A stretch of 64,000 nucleotides of DNA from Macrostomum hystrix (taxonomy: Eukaryota; Animalia; Platyhelminthes), in NCBI GenBank assembly GCA_950097015.1, contig CATNEN010000038.1, forward strand, positions 27,962,001 through 28,026,000, read 5' to 3'. Made by a program: the position numbers and the translations under genes. The notes under the pieces are model-generated. The model was not told the origin of the DNA. It ran no database searches and saw nothing but the letters and a program-made list of their open reading frames with translations. Positions within the stretch are counted from its first letter, which is position 1. Every line of letters begins with the position of its first letter. Positions 12,451 through 25,154 of the stretch are shown piece after piece.

Positions 12451-12748
12451 CTGCACATATTTTCAATCTGGATTTCTGATTCTTTTTATATCATTGCAAC
12501 TATTACGGTTATGACGACATCAGTTAGTGACAGTATTTCTTACCCTAATTGTACAAAAATGTAAAAAATGCTAAAACTTAGGTTCAGTGCCTTTATTTGG
12601 AAAACAAATAACCCGGAAGTTCTACTGTTAGTAGCAGGGGTGCAAATATCAAAGTCAATTAAATTTATGGCTTTGCAAATCCAATATTGTATTTAAAATG
12701 TTTATAATCCTCATTGAGCATCAGCAGTGCCCTGTGCTCAAACTATAC

Positions 12749-13090
12749 TCAGGGCCTAGAGCATTCGCCAATTTCGAAAGAGTAGATTCCAGCGCAATTG
12801 GCTGCGCAGTCGCTGCTGTAGGTCTTGCCATCGATGCCGCACACCGGCATGTAGATAAGGGGACAGTGGCACAGCTTTTTCGAGTTGCAGTATCCGTATT
12901 TGGCCTTCTCAACTCCGGCGCAGGCAGCCTCGCAGTCGTTTGTGTAGACTTTGCCGTCTTGGCCGCACACCGGTTGAATATATTGCAGACAGATGCAGGC
13001 AATGTTCTTGGCGGTGGCCTGACGTGGCAGAAACTGCAGCCCAATCAGTGCTGCCAGGAGCAGCAGCGGCTTCAGCTGAGCGATCCTCAT
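12749..13090 (-). CDS. Secreted two-domain Kazal-type inhibitor (type C)
   Basis: Signal peptide; CICLQYIQPVCGQDG and CHCPLIYMPVCGIDG domains; TATAAAA at 13188-13194 and AATAAA at 12592-12597 on the minus strand. Confidence 0.93.
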   Translation of the reverse strand: MRIAQLKPLLLLAALIGLQFLPRQATAKNIACICLQYIQPVCGQDGKVYTNDCEAACAGVEKAKYGYCNSKKLCHCPLIYMPVCGIDGKTYSSDCAANCAGIYSFEIGECSRP

Positions 13091-13670
13091 GATGGTTGAT
13101 AATAAAGTTATCGAATACTGTGACCTATCTTAGGCTGACTGAGGAACAAGTGTAAGAGCATAGATTTGAAGTGTGAGTTTGAATGGTTTTTATAACAGAT
13201 GAACAGAGCACGCTGCTCTCTTGATAGACTCAAACTGACGTGCCAGTTAACGCCGACAACGTGACAAATACTGATTAACGTACAAAGGCCAACTCATTTA
13301 TTTGGAAAGGCTTGTCCTTCGTACCCTCGTAATTTAGACCCATGAGGGTGTAAGGTGACTACTTTATAACATATTAGCTCGTATTATAATGAGCTATGTT
13401 AATAATAGCTATAACTAATTGCAGAAACTTGACCAGCAGCCAGCAGCCAGCGAGGAGGCAGTTCTGCCCGTTTCGCTGACACCTGAGCACACATGCACAC
13501 AGATACTGAACACGGGCACACGCTCACACAGGTGTGTATATCTGCCCTAACTTTCTCATCGTCAGGCATTTATACTTCACATTGCCTTGGAGGTTGGCCC
13601 TCAAAGGCGTAATTTGTAGGACAAGCCACTTCGCTCTTCTCTCCGCGGCTGCGCCAAATTGTGTAGCTTT

Positions 13671-15600
13671 CAGTAATCCCTTTTATCAATCAGTAATCCC
13701 TTTTATCAATCAGTAATCCCTTTTATCAATCAGTAATCCCTTTGATCAATCAGTAATCCCTATTAATCAATTAGGAAGCCCTTTGATCAATCAGTAATCC
13801 CTTTAATCAATAAGGAATCCCTTTGATCACTGAGGAATCCCTTTAATCAATCAGGAATCCCTTTGATCACTGAGGAATCCCTTTAATCAACCAGGAATCT
13901 ATTTAATCAATCAGGAATCCCTTTGATCAATCAGTAATCCCTTTGATCAATCAGTAATCCCTTTGATCAATCAGTAATCCCTATTAATCAATTAGGAAGC
14001 CCTTTGATCAATCAGTAATCCCTTTAATCAATAAGGAATCCCTTTGATCACTGAGGAATCCCTTTAATCAACCAGGAATCTATTTAATCAATCAGGAATC
14101 CCTTTGATCAATCAGGAATCCCTTTGATCAATCAGTAATCCCTTTAATCAATCAGGAATCCCTTTGATCACTGAGGAATCCCTTTAATCAACCAGGAATC
14201 TATTTAATCAATCAGGAATCCCTTTGATCAATCAGTAATCCCTTTAATCAATCAGGAATCCCTTTGATCACTGAGGAATCCCTTTAATCAACCAGGAATC
14301 TATTTAATCAATCAGGAATCCCTTTGATCAATCAGGAATCCCTTTGATCAATCAGAATTGCCTTTGATCAATTGAAGAATCCCTTTAATCAACCAGGAAT
14401 CTATTTAATCTATCAGGAATCAATTTAATCAACCAGGAATCTATTTAATCAAGGAGGAATCCCTTTGATCAATCAGGAATCCCTTTGATCAATCAGTAAT
14501 CCCTTTAATCAATCAGGAATCCCTTTGGTCAATCAGGAATCCTGATGTGTCTGTAGCTTGCACCTCAATGGAGACGAAGTAATGCTTAATGGGAGTGTGA
14601 CATGAAGTCCCTTTTTGTGCGTGTATTTGTAACAAGACTTTCTTTATATGTAAACATGCTGAGGGGATCCACAGAGATGCATCTCTGTGGGCTGCGGAAC
14701 ATAGACAAAAGGAGCAGAGCGTAACTTAAGTGTGTGATGGCTGACAAATAAAAGTCCATTAGCATTAGGGCTGGGATACAAGTTCAGCATGCAACAAATC
14801 CCTTTGATCAATCAGGAATGCCTTTGATCAATGAGGAATCCCATTAATCAACCAGTAATCCATACTAATCAATCAGTAATCCAGATTAATCAATAAGTTC
14901 TCCCTTTAATCAAGGAGGAATCCCTTTGATCAATGAGGAATCCCTTTAATCAACCAGGAATCCATTTAATCAACCAGTAATCCATATTATTCAATCAGTA
15001 ATCCATATTAATCAATCAGTTCTCCCTTTAATCAAGGAGGAATCCATTTGATCAATGAGGAATCCCTTTAATCAACTAGGAATCCATTTAATCAACCAGG
15101 AATATATTTAATCAATGAGGAATCCATTTAATCAACCTGGAATCTATTTAATCAATCAGGAATCCCTTTGATCAATCAGGAATCCCTTTGATCAATGAGG
15201 AATCCCTTTAATCAACTAGGAATTCATTTAATCAACCAGGAATCCCTTTGATCAATCAGGAATCCCTTTGATCAATGAGGAGTCCCTTTAATCAATCAGT
15301 AATCCCTTTGATCAACGAGGAATCCCTTTAATCAATCAGTAATCCATATTAATCAATCAGTAATCCATATTAATCAATCAGTAATCCCTTTAATCAATCA
15401 GTAATCCATTAATTCAATCAGTAATCCCTTTAATCAATCATTAATCCATTTAATCAATCAGGAATCTCTTTGATCAATCAGTATTCCCTTTAATCAATCA
15501 GTAATCCCTTTAATCAATCAGTAATTCCTTTGATCAATCAGTAATCCCTTTAATCAATTAGTAATCCATATTAATCAATCAGGAAATCCCTTTAATCAAA
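13671..15600. repeat. 20-bp minisatellite (AATCAGTAATCCCTTTAATC)n
   Basis: Unit read directly; interrupted at 14543-14796. Confidence 0.96.
14543..14796 (+). mobile_element. Solo LTR (254 bp) with 5-bp target-site duplication AATCC
   Basis: TG...CA ends; AATCC at 14538-14542 and 14797-14801; internal AATAAA. Confidence 0.85.
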
Positions 15601-16280
15601 CAGAAATCCATTTTATCAGACGTAAGTATTTTTCAATGAATCGAGAAGCTTCAAACGGTCTTACGGAACAGAAAACTATAAAGTTGTTTCTTGTTTTTGC
15701 TGATTCTATTAAATATACTTTTGCATAGATATGGCCTGTGACAATCGCTTATTTATTTTGAACAATCCCCTTTTACATTTACAAGCAAGTATTCGACAAT
15801 ACTGACTGCAGTCAGTATTGCAAATGGGTCATAATGTAATGAATTATCCGATGCTTCTAATGCTACTGCACATTCTCGTGAATAGAAGCAACAAAGCAGA
15901 CAAGCCAGCTGCAGTTGTTAGACAGAAAACCACACATTTAAAATCAACAAACCAACAAAGAAGTTTCTATTATATATCGAATAAGGAAGTTCTAGGAAAA
16001 ATGTGACGTTCAGATAGTACGTGTCAGAAAAAATGAAAAACGAAAGCTATAATAAAAATTCAATTCAATAATAACAAAAATCCGAATTCGCCCTTGTCGT
16101 TATATTTCCGGATTTACCTCGGGAACATCAGGCGCCGTTGAGTTTGTTTCACCGAGTTCGAAGCACTATTTTATTGTAGTCAGTGAAAAAGTGTTAGTTT
16201 GTAAACTCTTTTTATGCAATAATGAATTTCACATGATTAAGGTTACTATTTGACTGGGCATCGCGATTACAAGCTTTTTC

Positions 16281-16530
16281 CTACTGACCCTTCAACCCTG
16301 CTGACCCTTCAACCCTGCTGACCCTTCAACCCTACTGACCCTTCAACCCTACTGACCCTTCAACCCAACTGACCCTTCAACCCTACTGACCCTTCAACCC
16401 TACTGACCCTTCAACCCTACTGACCCTTCAACCCTACTGACCCTTCAACCCAACTAACCCTTCAACCCTACTGACCCTTCAACCCAACTAACCCTTCAAT
16501 CCTACTGACCCTTTAACCCTGCTGACCCTT
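16281..16530. repeat. 17-bp minisatellite (CTACTGACCCTTCAACC)n
   Basis: Unit read directly; longer copy at 28510-29167. Confidence 0.95.
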
Positions 16531-16738
16531 ACCGTACTTATCCTTCAATCCTATTGACCACCAAAATACGAACTGACCCTACAACCAAAAATAAGAAAAC
16601 AATCGGTTATACGTGGTGAAAACTATCAATACTCAAATTTGCATTCCAAAAAAACTCCTCTGACTCCTCTGACTACTGTGTCAGTCAATCTACTAGTCAA
16701 ACCAGTCAAAAACTGCTCAAAAACTGCTCACAGACAGC

Positions 16739-18076
16739 TCAGTGCTCCAGCAGCGAACTCGCTACAAGGTCCTGCATCGTCTGGACGCAGTTCCACAGGT
16801 GGCTGACAAACTCCGGATCGCTGATGGTCTCGGGATCGACATGGCAGTCCAGTCCGGCAGTGACTCGATGCTCCGCCCTCGGCTCGGCGACAATCACATT
16901 GCCGTCCAGTTTGTCACTGCTGAAGAACTTGAATTTGCGCAGCTTGACTTTGAACGGCCATTCGCCGTGCTGCTGCACAAAGCTGTGGTTCTTTTGCTCT
17001 CTCACGTACTCCAGGTTTCGAGCAAGGTGCGGCTGTCTCAGCCGATAGCGCTGTTCCGTGGTTTCCCACTCGTCTGTGAGATCAGCTCCTGGCTGGACTA
17101 TCTCGAACAGGTTCTGAAGCTCCTCCAGTTGGAATCCTTCCTTGACCAGGCACTCGTACACCTTTTCAGTCGAGTTGCTCGCGAATGAGGTGTCAAACTG
17201 CAGACGGAAGTCGGCCTTCTCACGAAACGTCCCTTTAAAATCCGAGCCCTTCGCTGTGACGAGGTCCAAGTTCCACTTATCCGTGATCATTGTGATGCTT
17301 TGCAGTTTGAGATCAGTTGCACCAAAGAACAGTTCAAACTTGTGCGTTTTGCCATTGAGACTCATTGAGATACAATGCTCAACATATTCCACAGCCTCAA
17401 AGCCTCGCATTTCGAGGAAGGCCTCTATTTTTTCATGACTGCCGCAATTCTTCTCAGTCATAAAGCTCGAATACATGAACATGTGGTTCGGGTTTTCTCT
17501 TATGGTAAAGAACCTCTGGAGAAGTCTTCGACCATCTCGGTAGGTGCTTCGATCAAGCAGCAGATTGAAGTCATCAAGTCGAGGTCCTGGTCTCTCATCG
17601 AACTTGAAGTACTTTTCAAACAATTTCAGGTCGCCGATTCGAAAGTGAACCATGAGACGGCACCTGTCATTGTGCAGCATCTCACAATTTTTAACATCTC
17701 TGACAATGCTCTGTAGCTTCTCACGAAATCGACGACAAACTTCTTCGTCGGTTGTCGGGTCAAACAGCGGGACACGGATATAACCTCGCCGAGTGAAATC
17801 ATGCAAGGTTTCAGGATCGTTATACCAAAAGCCCCTGTACTCTCCGAATGCGAGGGGCTGCTCAGCGCTTCCACAGAGAAGAATCCGAATTTCGCAGTCT
17901 CGATTCTGATATCTGAATCTCCTATCTGAATTGTTCCCAGGAGCGCATTCAGCTCTATTTCGTGGTCCATAGCGCGGAATGACAATTCGTGGTCCATAGC
18001 GCGGAATGACAATTCGTGGTTCAGCTCCTTGACGACCCGCTGCAGCTCCTTTGTTGACGCCTCCACCAGCTGACAT
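16739..18076 (-). CDS. Unknown protein family, subfamily A copy 1 (Gly/Arg-rich N-terminus + putative CYTH/TTM-like domain)
   Basis: 445-codon intronless, non-repetitive ORF from the first ATG (18076); alignable with four other ORFs in the window. Fold assignment is inference. Confidence 0.85.
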   Translation of the reverse strand: MSAGGGVNKGAAAGRQGAEPRIVIPRYGPRIVIPRYGPRNRAECAPGNNSDRRFRYQNRDCEIRILLCGSAEQPLAFGEYRGFWYNDPETLHDFTRRGYIRVPLFDPTTDEEVCRRFREKLQSIVRDVKNCEMLHNDRCRLMVHFRIGDLKLFEKYFKFDERPGPRLDDFNLLLDRSTYRDGRRLLQRFFTIRENPNHMFMYSSFMTEKNCGSHEKIEAFLEMRGFEAVEYVEHCISMSLNGKTHKFELFFGATDLKLQSITMITDKWNLDLVTAKGSDFKGTFREKADFRLQFDTSFASNSTEKVYECLVKEGFQLEELQNLFEIVQPGADLTDEWETTEQRYRLRQPHLARNLEYVREQKNHSFVQQHGEWPFKVKLRKFKFFSSDKLDGNVIVAEPRAEHRVTAGLDCHVDPETISDPEFVSHLWNCVQTMQDLVASSLLEH

Positions 18077-19580
18077 TGTGTCCAAGTGTGCAATGTGTTT
18101 GTTTAGGAATTTTCAGTTTGGGTTCTGATCAGTCGATTGCAAGTGCGAGCTATGGCAAGCTATCTGTCGCGGCTTTTAAATCTTTTCCGATATTGTAGGA
18201 AGGTTTCGAAATTTCTTGGAAATTCGTTCGGTTCGTGCACTTAAACACATTGGTAGTGATCTAATATTCATGTTGTTTTTTAAGTTCCAGACATATGGGA
18301 GTGTCGGGTTTATGCAAACCTCAATAAACAATGTACACTGCATACTGTACATTCTGCCCTATGCTTTCCTCTGGCCTAGCTCGCACTTGATTCTAAAAAT
18401 AGCTCGCACTCATGTCTCCCTCCATTTGTGCGCGACCCCACTCCCCTTCTAGAACATTCTGTAAGCCTTGCAAATACGCTTCAGAACATTGTATTTGCCA
18501 TGGCTCACAATCACATGATTCGCGTATACGACGAGGCGTCCGTGGATCGATACGGCCCAGGAATGTGAGGAAGAAGTTCGGCGAGCGTTCGCTGGGGAGC
18601 GTGTGCGTGTGGGACAAAGAAACAGCTGCCCCTGTGTTAGCAATCTCCCCATCTAACGGCCGCGGGCTAGCCGACACTTCCACTAGTCAAAAAATACTCG
18701 GCTAGCCGGGTGGACCCATGTGGACCCACGGGCGGCTAGCCTTACTGGCGGTGGACTTGGGGAATTCCGATAAATAATACATGAATCATGCTGCTCGTCT
18801 ACTGCAAGTAAAAAGTATAAAATATGAAGTATGTAACCCACGTGCATGTAGTAAGATAACTATATAAATAATTTATTTCCAAACATATAGGAAAGCAAAC
18901 CACAGTTCATACCAATTTATACTGTAATACAATACAACTTAAGCTGAATTAGTTCAGATGGGACTTACTGATTAAGTGCATTTTACATGTAAATAGATAA
19001 TATGACGCTTTTTCTATCGTGCTAAGTAAGAACCAATAAGTGATCACCCCGTCTCAAACAACTGATTATTTCCACATTAACAGTGAGGGCTTAATGGTTT
19101 GTCGGAAGCCAGAATTACAATTGCAACACATCTAATGTAAAACAAAATGGCTATAAAACTAAATAATTTGTGAACATTGAGTGTCACAATGAAATATCGG
19201 ATCAAAAGAAATTAAATATTAAAACCCTAGGAACAAAAAGGATTCGAACTCTCAAAACTCCTAGCAAATGACAAACTCTCTAACAACACGCCACACATTT
19301 ACCCATAAAAGAGCAGGAAAAGACAAATTTATACAGGCTAAAATACTAAAATCAAAATCAAATCATATCTATGGTACTTTTATTTTACGCCATATTACTT
19401 GGTTGCAGGATTAAATTGGCTAGCTGTTTAACAGCAGCTGAATTAAAAAATTAAATTAAAGCCGTTTTAGCCAGCTCTCCAACCCTAAAAATAGGCTTTT
19501 CATTCTACCCATTCTCCCCCACTTACTTCTACCCCTTCACTTCCTTCTTCCCCTCCACTTACTTCTACCTTCTACCTTCT

Positions 19581-19811
19581 ATGAATCCGTAAATGTACCC
19601 CCACTTCAACAGTTCAGATAGTCAACTATAAGCAGTATGTAGTTAACTCAGTGTAACCACTGATGAATCCGTAAATGTACCCCCACTTCATCAATTCAGA
19701 TAGTCAACGATAAGCAGTATGTAGTTAACTCAGTGTAACCACTGATGAATCCGTAAATGTATCCCCACTTCATCAATTCAGATAGTCAACTATAAGCAGT
19801 ACGTATTCAAC
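19581..19811. repeat. 82-bp tandem repeat, about 2.8 units
   Basis: ATGAATCCGTAAATG recurs at 19581, 19663 and 19745. Confidence 0.9.
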
Positions 19812-21103
19812 CAGTGTTGGGCAAGTTACTTTAAAAAAGTAACTTCCGGTCAAGTAACTTCCGGTTCTAAAGAAAGTAACTTCCGGTAGTAGTTCCGGTA
19901 CCGGCACTCGAAAATAAAAGTAACTTCCGGTTCTTCGGCACCGGTACTTTCTACTTTTGAAAAATCGCGTGTTAAAGAAGGGCTTAATTATGTTTTTATT
20001 ATTAAAAAACCAATAATAACATGCCTTTGCAACTGCCAACTTGTCTAGAGTAAAACCAAGTGGAAAATGATTAAATGAAATTATTGAAAACGAAAAATTA
20101 ATTTCTGAAAACCTATATTTTTATGGTTTTTGCTTCTTTTTCCAGCACTAAGGTTCAATCCTTGCTGTGGCAGAACTTTACCAATTACCACTCAAAAGTT
20201 TGGCCTGCGCAACTAAAAAAGCTGAAAAAAAATTAGATTTGCATGTATTTTACACCATAACATTACATTAAGTTTAAATTTGAATAAAGCGTGCGCAAAT
20301 AGACTAAACGTGATCAGTAAAAATGAAAATTCGAAAATTGAAAAATCGCGCCTCTGTTTGACGATAATTCGAGCCTGCCCTCAGAAATCGCATATTCGCG
20401 CCTCAATCACACCACTGAATAACTAACAACACAAGAGTCTTACAAACTAATGACATAAAGTGACAACTCTAAAAAGGTGGAAAGAGTAGCTCTAGTGGCG
20501 CTGCTGCCCTGCTGATAATTACCTTTATTAATTCAATAACCTTTTAAGCCCTGAAAAAACTACTTTGACATTTAGACAATTTAGCCTAGGTTAACAGCTG
20601 AGAAAAAAAGTTTGCATGCTTCTTAAAAGGAACCCCCGTAATTTAAACTTGAAAGCTTTAGCACTAGTGTAAAAGCTAGATATAGATAGTCATGTTGTCA
20701 CAATTCACATCAAATGCCTGTTGCCGCGAAGTAGTACAAGGCGGTTTAGTGTCGCGTCGGCAAGAGGTGCTCGCTTTGCTCGAATTAAAAATTTAATTTT
20801 TTAAAGAACCAAAAAGTTGTTAAAATTCACCAACTAAATAAAATTCGAAATTTCTCGGCATTTCTTACGACATTATGAACTGATGATATGAAAATTCTTT
20901 CAATTTGTATGTTTTCTTTACTTTCTTTCTCTTTTTTTCTCTGCATTTAAAAAAGTGCCGGAAGTACCGGACTTAACAAAAAGTAACTTCCGATACCCTA
21001 GTCCGGCACTACAAAAAAAAGAACCGGAAAAAAGTGCCGCTTTAAAAAACAGTAACTTCCGGCACAAAAAGTGCCGGAAGTGCCGGAAGGTTGCCCAACA
21101 CTG
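19812..21103. mobile_element. Non-autonomous hAT-type DNA transposon (MITE)
   Basis: 13-bp TIRs CAGTGTTGGGCAA / TTGCCCAACACTG; 8-bp TSD TATTCAAC (19804-19811, 21104-21111); subterminal AAGTAACTTCCGG repeats; no transposase. Confidence 0.92.
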
Positions 21104-21116
21104 TATTCAACTCAGC

Positions 21117-21845
21117 AAGTGGAGGGGAAGAAGGAAGTGGAGGAGTAGAAGGAAGTGGAGGGGTAGAGGGAAGTGGAGGGCTAGAAGGAAGTTGAGGGGT
21201 AGAAGGAGGTGGAGAGGAAGAAGGAAGTGGAGGGGTAGATGGAAGTGGGGCAGAAGCGGTAGGTCGAGCGGTAGAAGGAAGTGAAGGGGTAGAAGGAAGC
21301 TGAGGGGGTAGAAGGAAGTGGAGGGGTAGAAGGAAGTGGGGGAAAAGCGGGAAGTGGGGGAGAAGCGGGAGGTGGAAGGGAAGAAGGAAGTGGAGGGCTA
21401 GAAGGAAGTGGAGGGGTAGAAGGAAGTGGAGGTGTAGAAGGAAGCTGAGGGGGTAGAAGGAAGTGGAGGGGTAGAAGGAAGTGGGGGAGAAGCGGGAGGT
21501 GGAGGGGAAGAAGGAAGTGGAGGGGTAGAAGGAGGTGGAGGGGTAGAAGGTAGTGGAGGGGCAGAAGGAAGTGTAGGGGTAGAAGGTAGCGGAAGGGAAG
21601 AAGGAAGTTGAGGGGTAGAAGGAAGTGGAGGGGTAGAAGGAAGTGGAGGGGTAGAAGGAAGTGGAGGTGTAGAAGGAAGCTGAGGGGGTAGAAGGAAGTG
21701 GAGGGGTAGAAGGAAGTGGGGGGGAGAAGGAAGTGGTGGGGTAGTAGGAAGTGGAGAGGTAGAGGGACGTGGGGGAGAAGCGGGAGGTGGAGGGGTAGAA
21801 GTAAGTGGAGGGGAAGAAGGAAGTGAAGGGGTAGAAGTAAGTGGG
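21117..21845. repeat. Purine-rich 18-bp minisatellite (GGAGGGGTAGAAGGAAGT)n
   Basis: Unit read directly. Confidence 0.93.
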
Positions 21846-23286
21846 GGAGAATGGGTAGAATGAAAAGCCTATTTTTAGGGTTGGAGAGCTGGCTAAAACG
21901 GCTTTAATTTAATTTTTTAATTCAGCTGCTGTTAAACAGCTAGCCAATTTAATCCTGCAACCAAGTAATATGGCGTAAAATAAAAGTACCATAGATATGA
22001 TTTGATTTTGATTTTAGTATTTTAGCCTGTATAAATTTGTCTTTTCCTGCTCTTTTATGGGTAAATGTGTGGCGTGTTGTTAGAGAGTTTGTCATTTGCT
22101 AGGAGTTTTGAGAGTTCGAATCCTTTTTGTTCCTAGGGTTTTAATATTTAATTTCTTTTGATCCGATATTTCATTGTGACACTCAATGTTCACAAATTAT
22201 TTAGTTTTATAGCCATTTTGTTTTACATTAGATGTGTTGCAATTGTAATTCTGGCTTCCGACAAACCATTAAGCCCTCACTGTTAATGTGGAAATAATCA
22301 GTTGTTTGAGACGGGGTGATCACTTATTGGTTCTTACTTAGCACGATAGAAAAAGCGTCATATTATCTATTTACATGTAAAATGCACTTAATCAGTAAGT
22401 CCCATCTGAACTAATTCAGCTTAAGTTGTATTGTATTACAGTATAAATTGGTATGAACTGTGGTTTGCTTTCCTATATGTTTGGAAATAAATTATTTATA
22501 TAGTTATCTTACTACATGCACGTGGGTTACATACTTCATATTTTATACTTTTTACTTGCAGTAGACGAGCAGCATGATTCATGTATTATTTATCGGAATT
22601 CCCCAAGTCCACCGCCAGTAAGGCTAGCCGCCCGTGGGTCCACATGGGTCCACCCGGCTAGCCGAGTATTTTTTGACTAGTGGAAGTGTCGGCTAGCCCG
22701 CGGCCGTTAGATGGGGAGATTGCTAACACAGGGGCAGCTGTTTCTTTGTCCCACACGCACACGCTCCCCAGCGAACGCTCGCCGAACTTCTTCCTCACAT
22801 TCCTGGGCCGTATCGATCCACGGACGCCTCGTCGTATACGCGAATCATGTGATTGTGAGCCATGGCAAATACAATGTTCTGAAGCGTATTTGCAAGGCTT
22901 ACAGAATGTTCTAGAAGGGGAGTGGGGTCGCGCACAAATGGAGGGAGACATGAGTGCGAGCTATTTTTAGAATCAAGTGCGAGCTAGGCCAGAGGAAAGC
23001 ATAGGGCAGAATGTACAGTATGCAGTGTACATTGTTTATTGAGGTTTGCATAAACCCGACACTCCCATATGTCTGGAACTTAAAAAACAACATGAATATT
23101 AGATCACTACCAATGTGTTTAAGTGCACGAACCGAACGAATTTCCAAGAAATTTCGAAACCTTCCTACAATATCGGAAAAGATTTAAAAGCCGCGACAGA
23201 TAGCTTGCCATAGCTCGCACTTGCAATCGACTGATCAGAACCCAAACTGAAAATTCCTAAACAAACACATTGCACACTTGGACACA

Positions 23287-24417
23287 ATGTCAGCTGGTGG
23301 AGGCGTCAACAAAGGAGCTGCAGCGGGTCGTCAAGGAGCTGAACCACGAATTGTCATTCCGCGCTATGGACCACGAATTGTCATTCCGCGCTATGGACCA
23401 CGAAATAGAGCTGAATGCGCTCCTGGGAACAATTCAGATAGGAGATTCAGATATCAGAATCGAGACTGCGAAATTCGGATTCTTCTCTGTGGAAGCGCTG
23501 AGCAGCCCCTCGCATTCGGAGAGTACAGGGGCTTTTGGTATAACGATCCTGAAACCTTGCATGATTTCACTCGGCGAGGTTATATCCGTGTCCCGCTGTT
23601 TGACCCGACAACCGACGAAGAAGTTTGTCGTCGATTTCGTGAGAAGCTACAGAGCATTGTCAGAGATGTTAAAAATTGTGAGATGCTGCACAATGACAGG
23701 TGCCGTCTCATGGTTCACTTTCGAATCGGCGACCTGAAATTGTTTGAAAAGTACTTCAAGTTCGATGAGAGACCAGGACCTCGACTTGATGACTTCAATC
23801 TGCTGCTTGATCGAAGCACCTACCGAGATGGTCGAAGACTTCTCCAGAGGTTCTTTACCATAAGAGAAAACCCGAACCACATGTTCATGTATTCGAGCTT
23901 TATGACTGAGAAGAATTGCGGCAGTCATGAAAAAATAGAGGCCTTCCTCGAAATGCGAGGCTTTGAGGCTGTGGAATATGTTGAGCATTGTATCTCAATG
24001 AGTCTCAATGGCAAAACGCACAAGTTTGAACTGTTCTTTGGTGCAACTGATCTCAAACTGCAAAGCATCACAATGATCACGGATAAGTGGAACTTGGACC
24101 TCGTCACAGCGAAGGGCTCGGATTTTAAAGGGACGTTTCGTGAGAAGGCCGACTTCCGTCTGCAGTTTGACACCTCATTCGCGAGCAACTCGACTGAAAA
24201 GGTGTACGAGTGCCTGGTCAAGGAAGGATTCCAACTGGAGGAGCTTCAGAACCTGTTCGAGAGAGTCGAGCCGGGAGCTGATCTCACAGACGAGTGGGAA
24301 ACCACGGAACAGCGCTATCGGCTGAGACAGCCGCACCTTGCTCGAAACCTGGAGTACGTGAGAGAGCAAAAGAACCACAGCTTTGTGCAGCAGCACGGCG
24401 AATGGCCGTTCAATTAA
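23287..24417 (+). pseudogene. Unknown family subfamily A copy 2, 3'-truncated at a rearrangement junction
   Basis: Near-identical to copy 1 up to GEWPF, then runs into 20-bp satellite sequence and a TAA; lacks about 70 C-terminal residues. Confidence 0.8.
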
Positions 24418-25154
24418 TCAATCAGGAATCCAGTTAATCAGGAATCTATTTAATCTGACGTAATAATTTTCAATGAATCGAGAAGCTTCAATCGGTCTTA
24501 CGGAATAGAAAACTATATAGTTGTTTCTTGTTTTTGCTAATGTTATTAAATAGACTTTTGCATAGATATGGCCTGTGACAATGACCTATTTATTTTGAAC
24601 AATCCTCTTTTTCATTTGCGAGCAAGTATTCGACTATTACTGACTGTAGTCAGTATTGCAAATGGGTCATAATGAAAAGAATTATCCGATGCTTTTAATG
24701 CTATTGCACATTCTCGTGAATGAAAGCAACAAAGTCAGACAAGCCATCTGCAGTTCTTAGACAAATAAACCACATACACTTGTATTTAAAATCAACAAAC
24801 CAACAAAGAAGTTTCTATTCTCGAATAAGGAAATCCTAGGAAAGATCTGACGTTCAGATAGTACGTGTCAGAAAAATAAAAAAGAATAAAAATTCAATTC
24901 AATAATAACAAACATCCGAATTTGCCCTTGTCGTTATATTTCCGGATTTACCTCGTGTAGTGCACTGTGTTGCCCTCTCCCTCCCACGCTGGCATAGCGT
25001 CACGGTCAACGTGCACTGCTCTTGGCATGTAGGTGTTACGTAATGTGCTCATGACTGGGCTGCACGTCGGCAGCCACTATGTGGCTGCGACTATATAACA
25101 ACTCAAATATACGGCCCAAGAGGCCACGTTCCTTACTAACTCAACGGCACTACA

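Larger units (their letters stand above)
16950..24413. repeat. Inverted repeat 2: arms 16950-19569 and 21794-24413, 2.2-kb spacer
   Basis: Mirror coordinates sum to 41363 (18085+23278); arm ends checked by eye. Confidence 0.95.

Noticed and set aside
16281-16530. Interstitial telomeric repeat (AACCCT-containing)
   Set aside because: The unit is 17 bp, not tandem TTAGGG.
19655-19770. Hammerhead ribozyme in the 82-bp repeat (CTGATGA-ATCC-GTAA)
   Set aside because: No closing stem II strand or GAAA core follows; CTGATGATATGAAA near 20880 has no stem II either.
20955-21284. Protamine-like Arg/Lys/Trp-rich ORF
   Set aside because: Spans a MITE end and the purine-rich satellite; non-ATG start.
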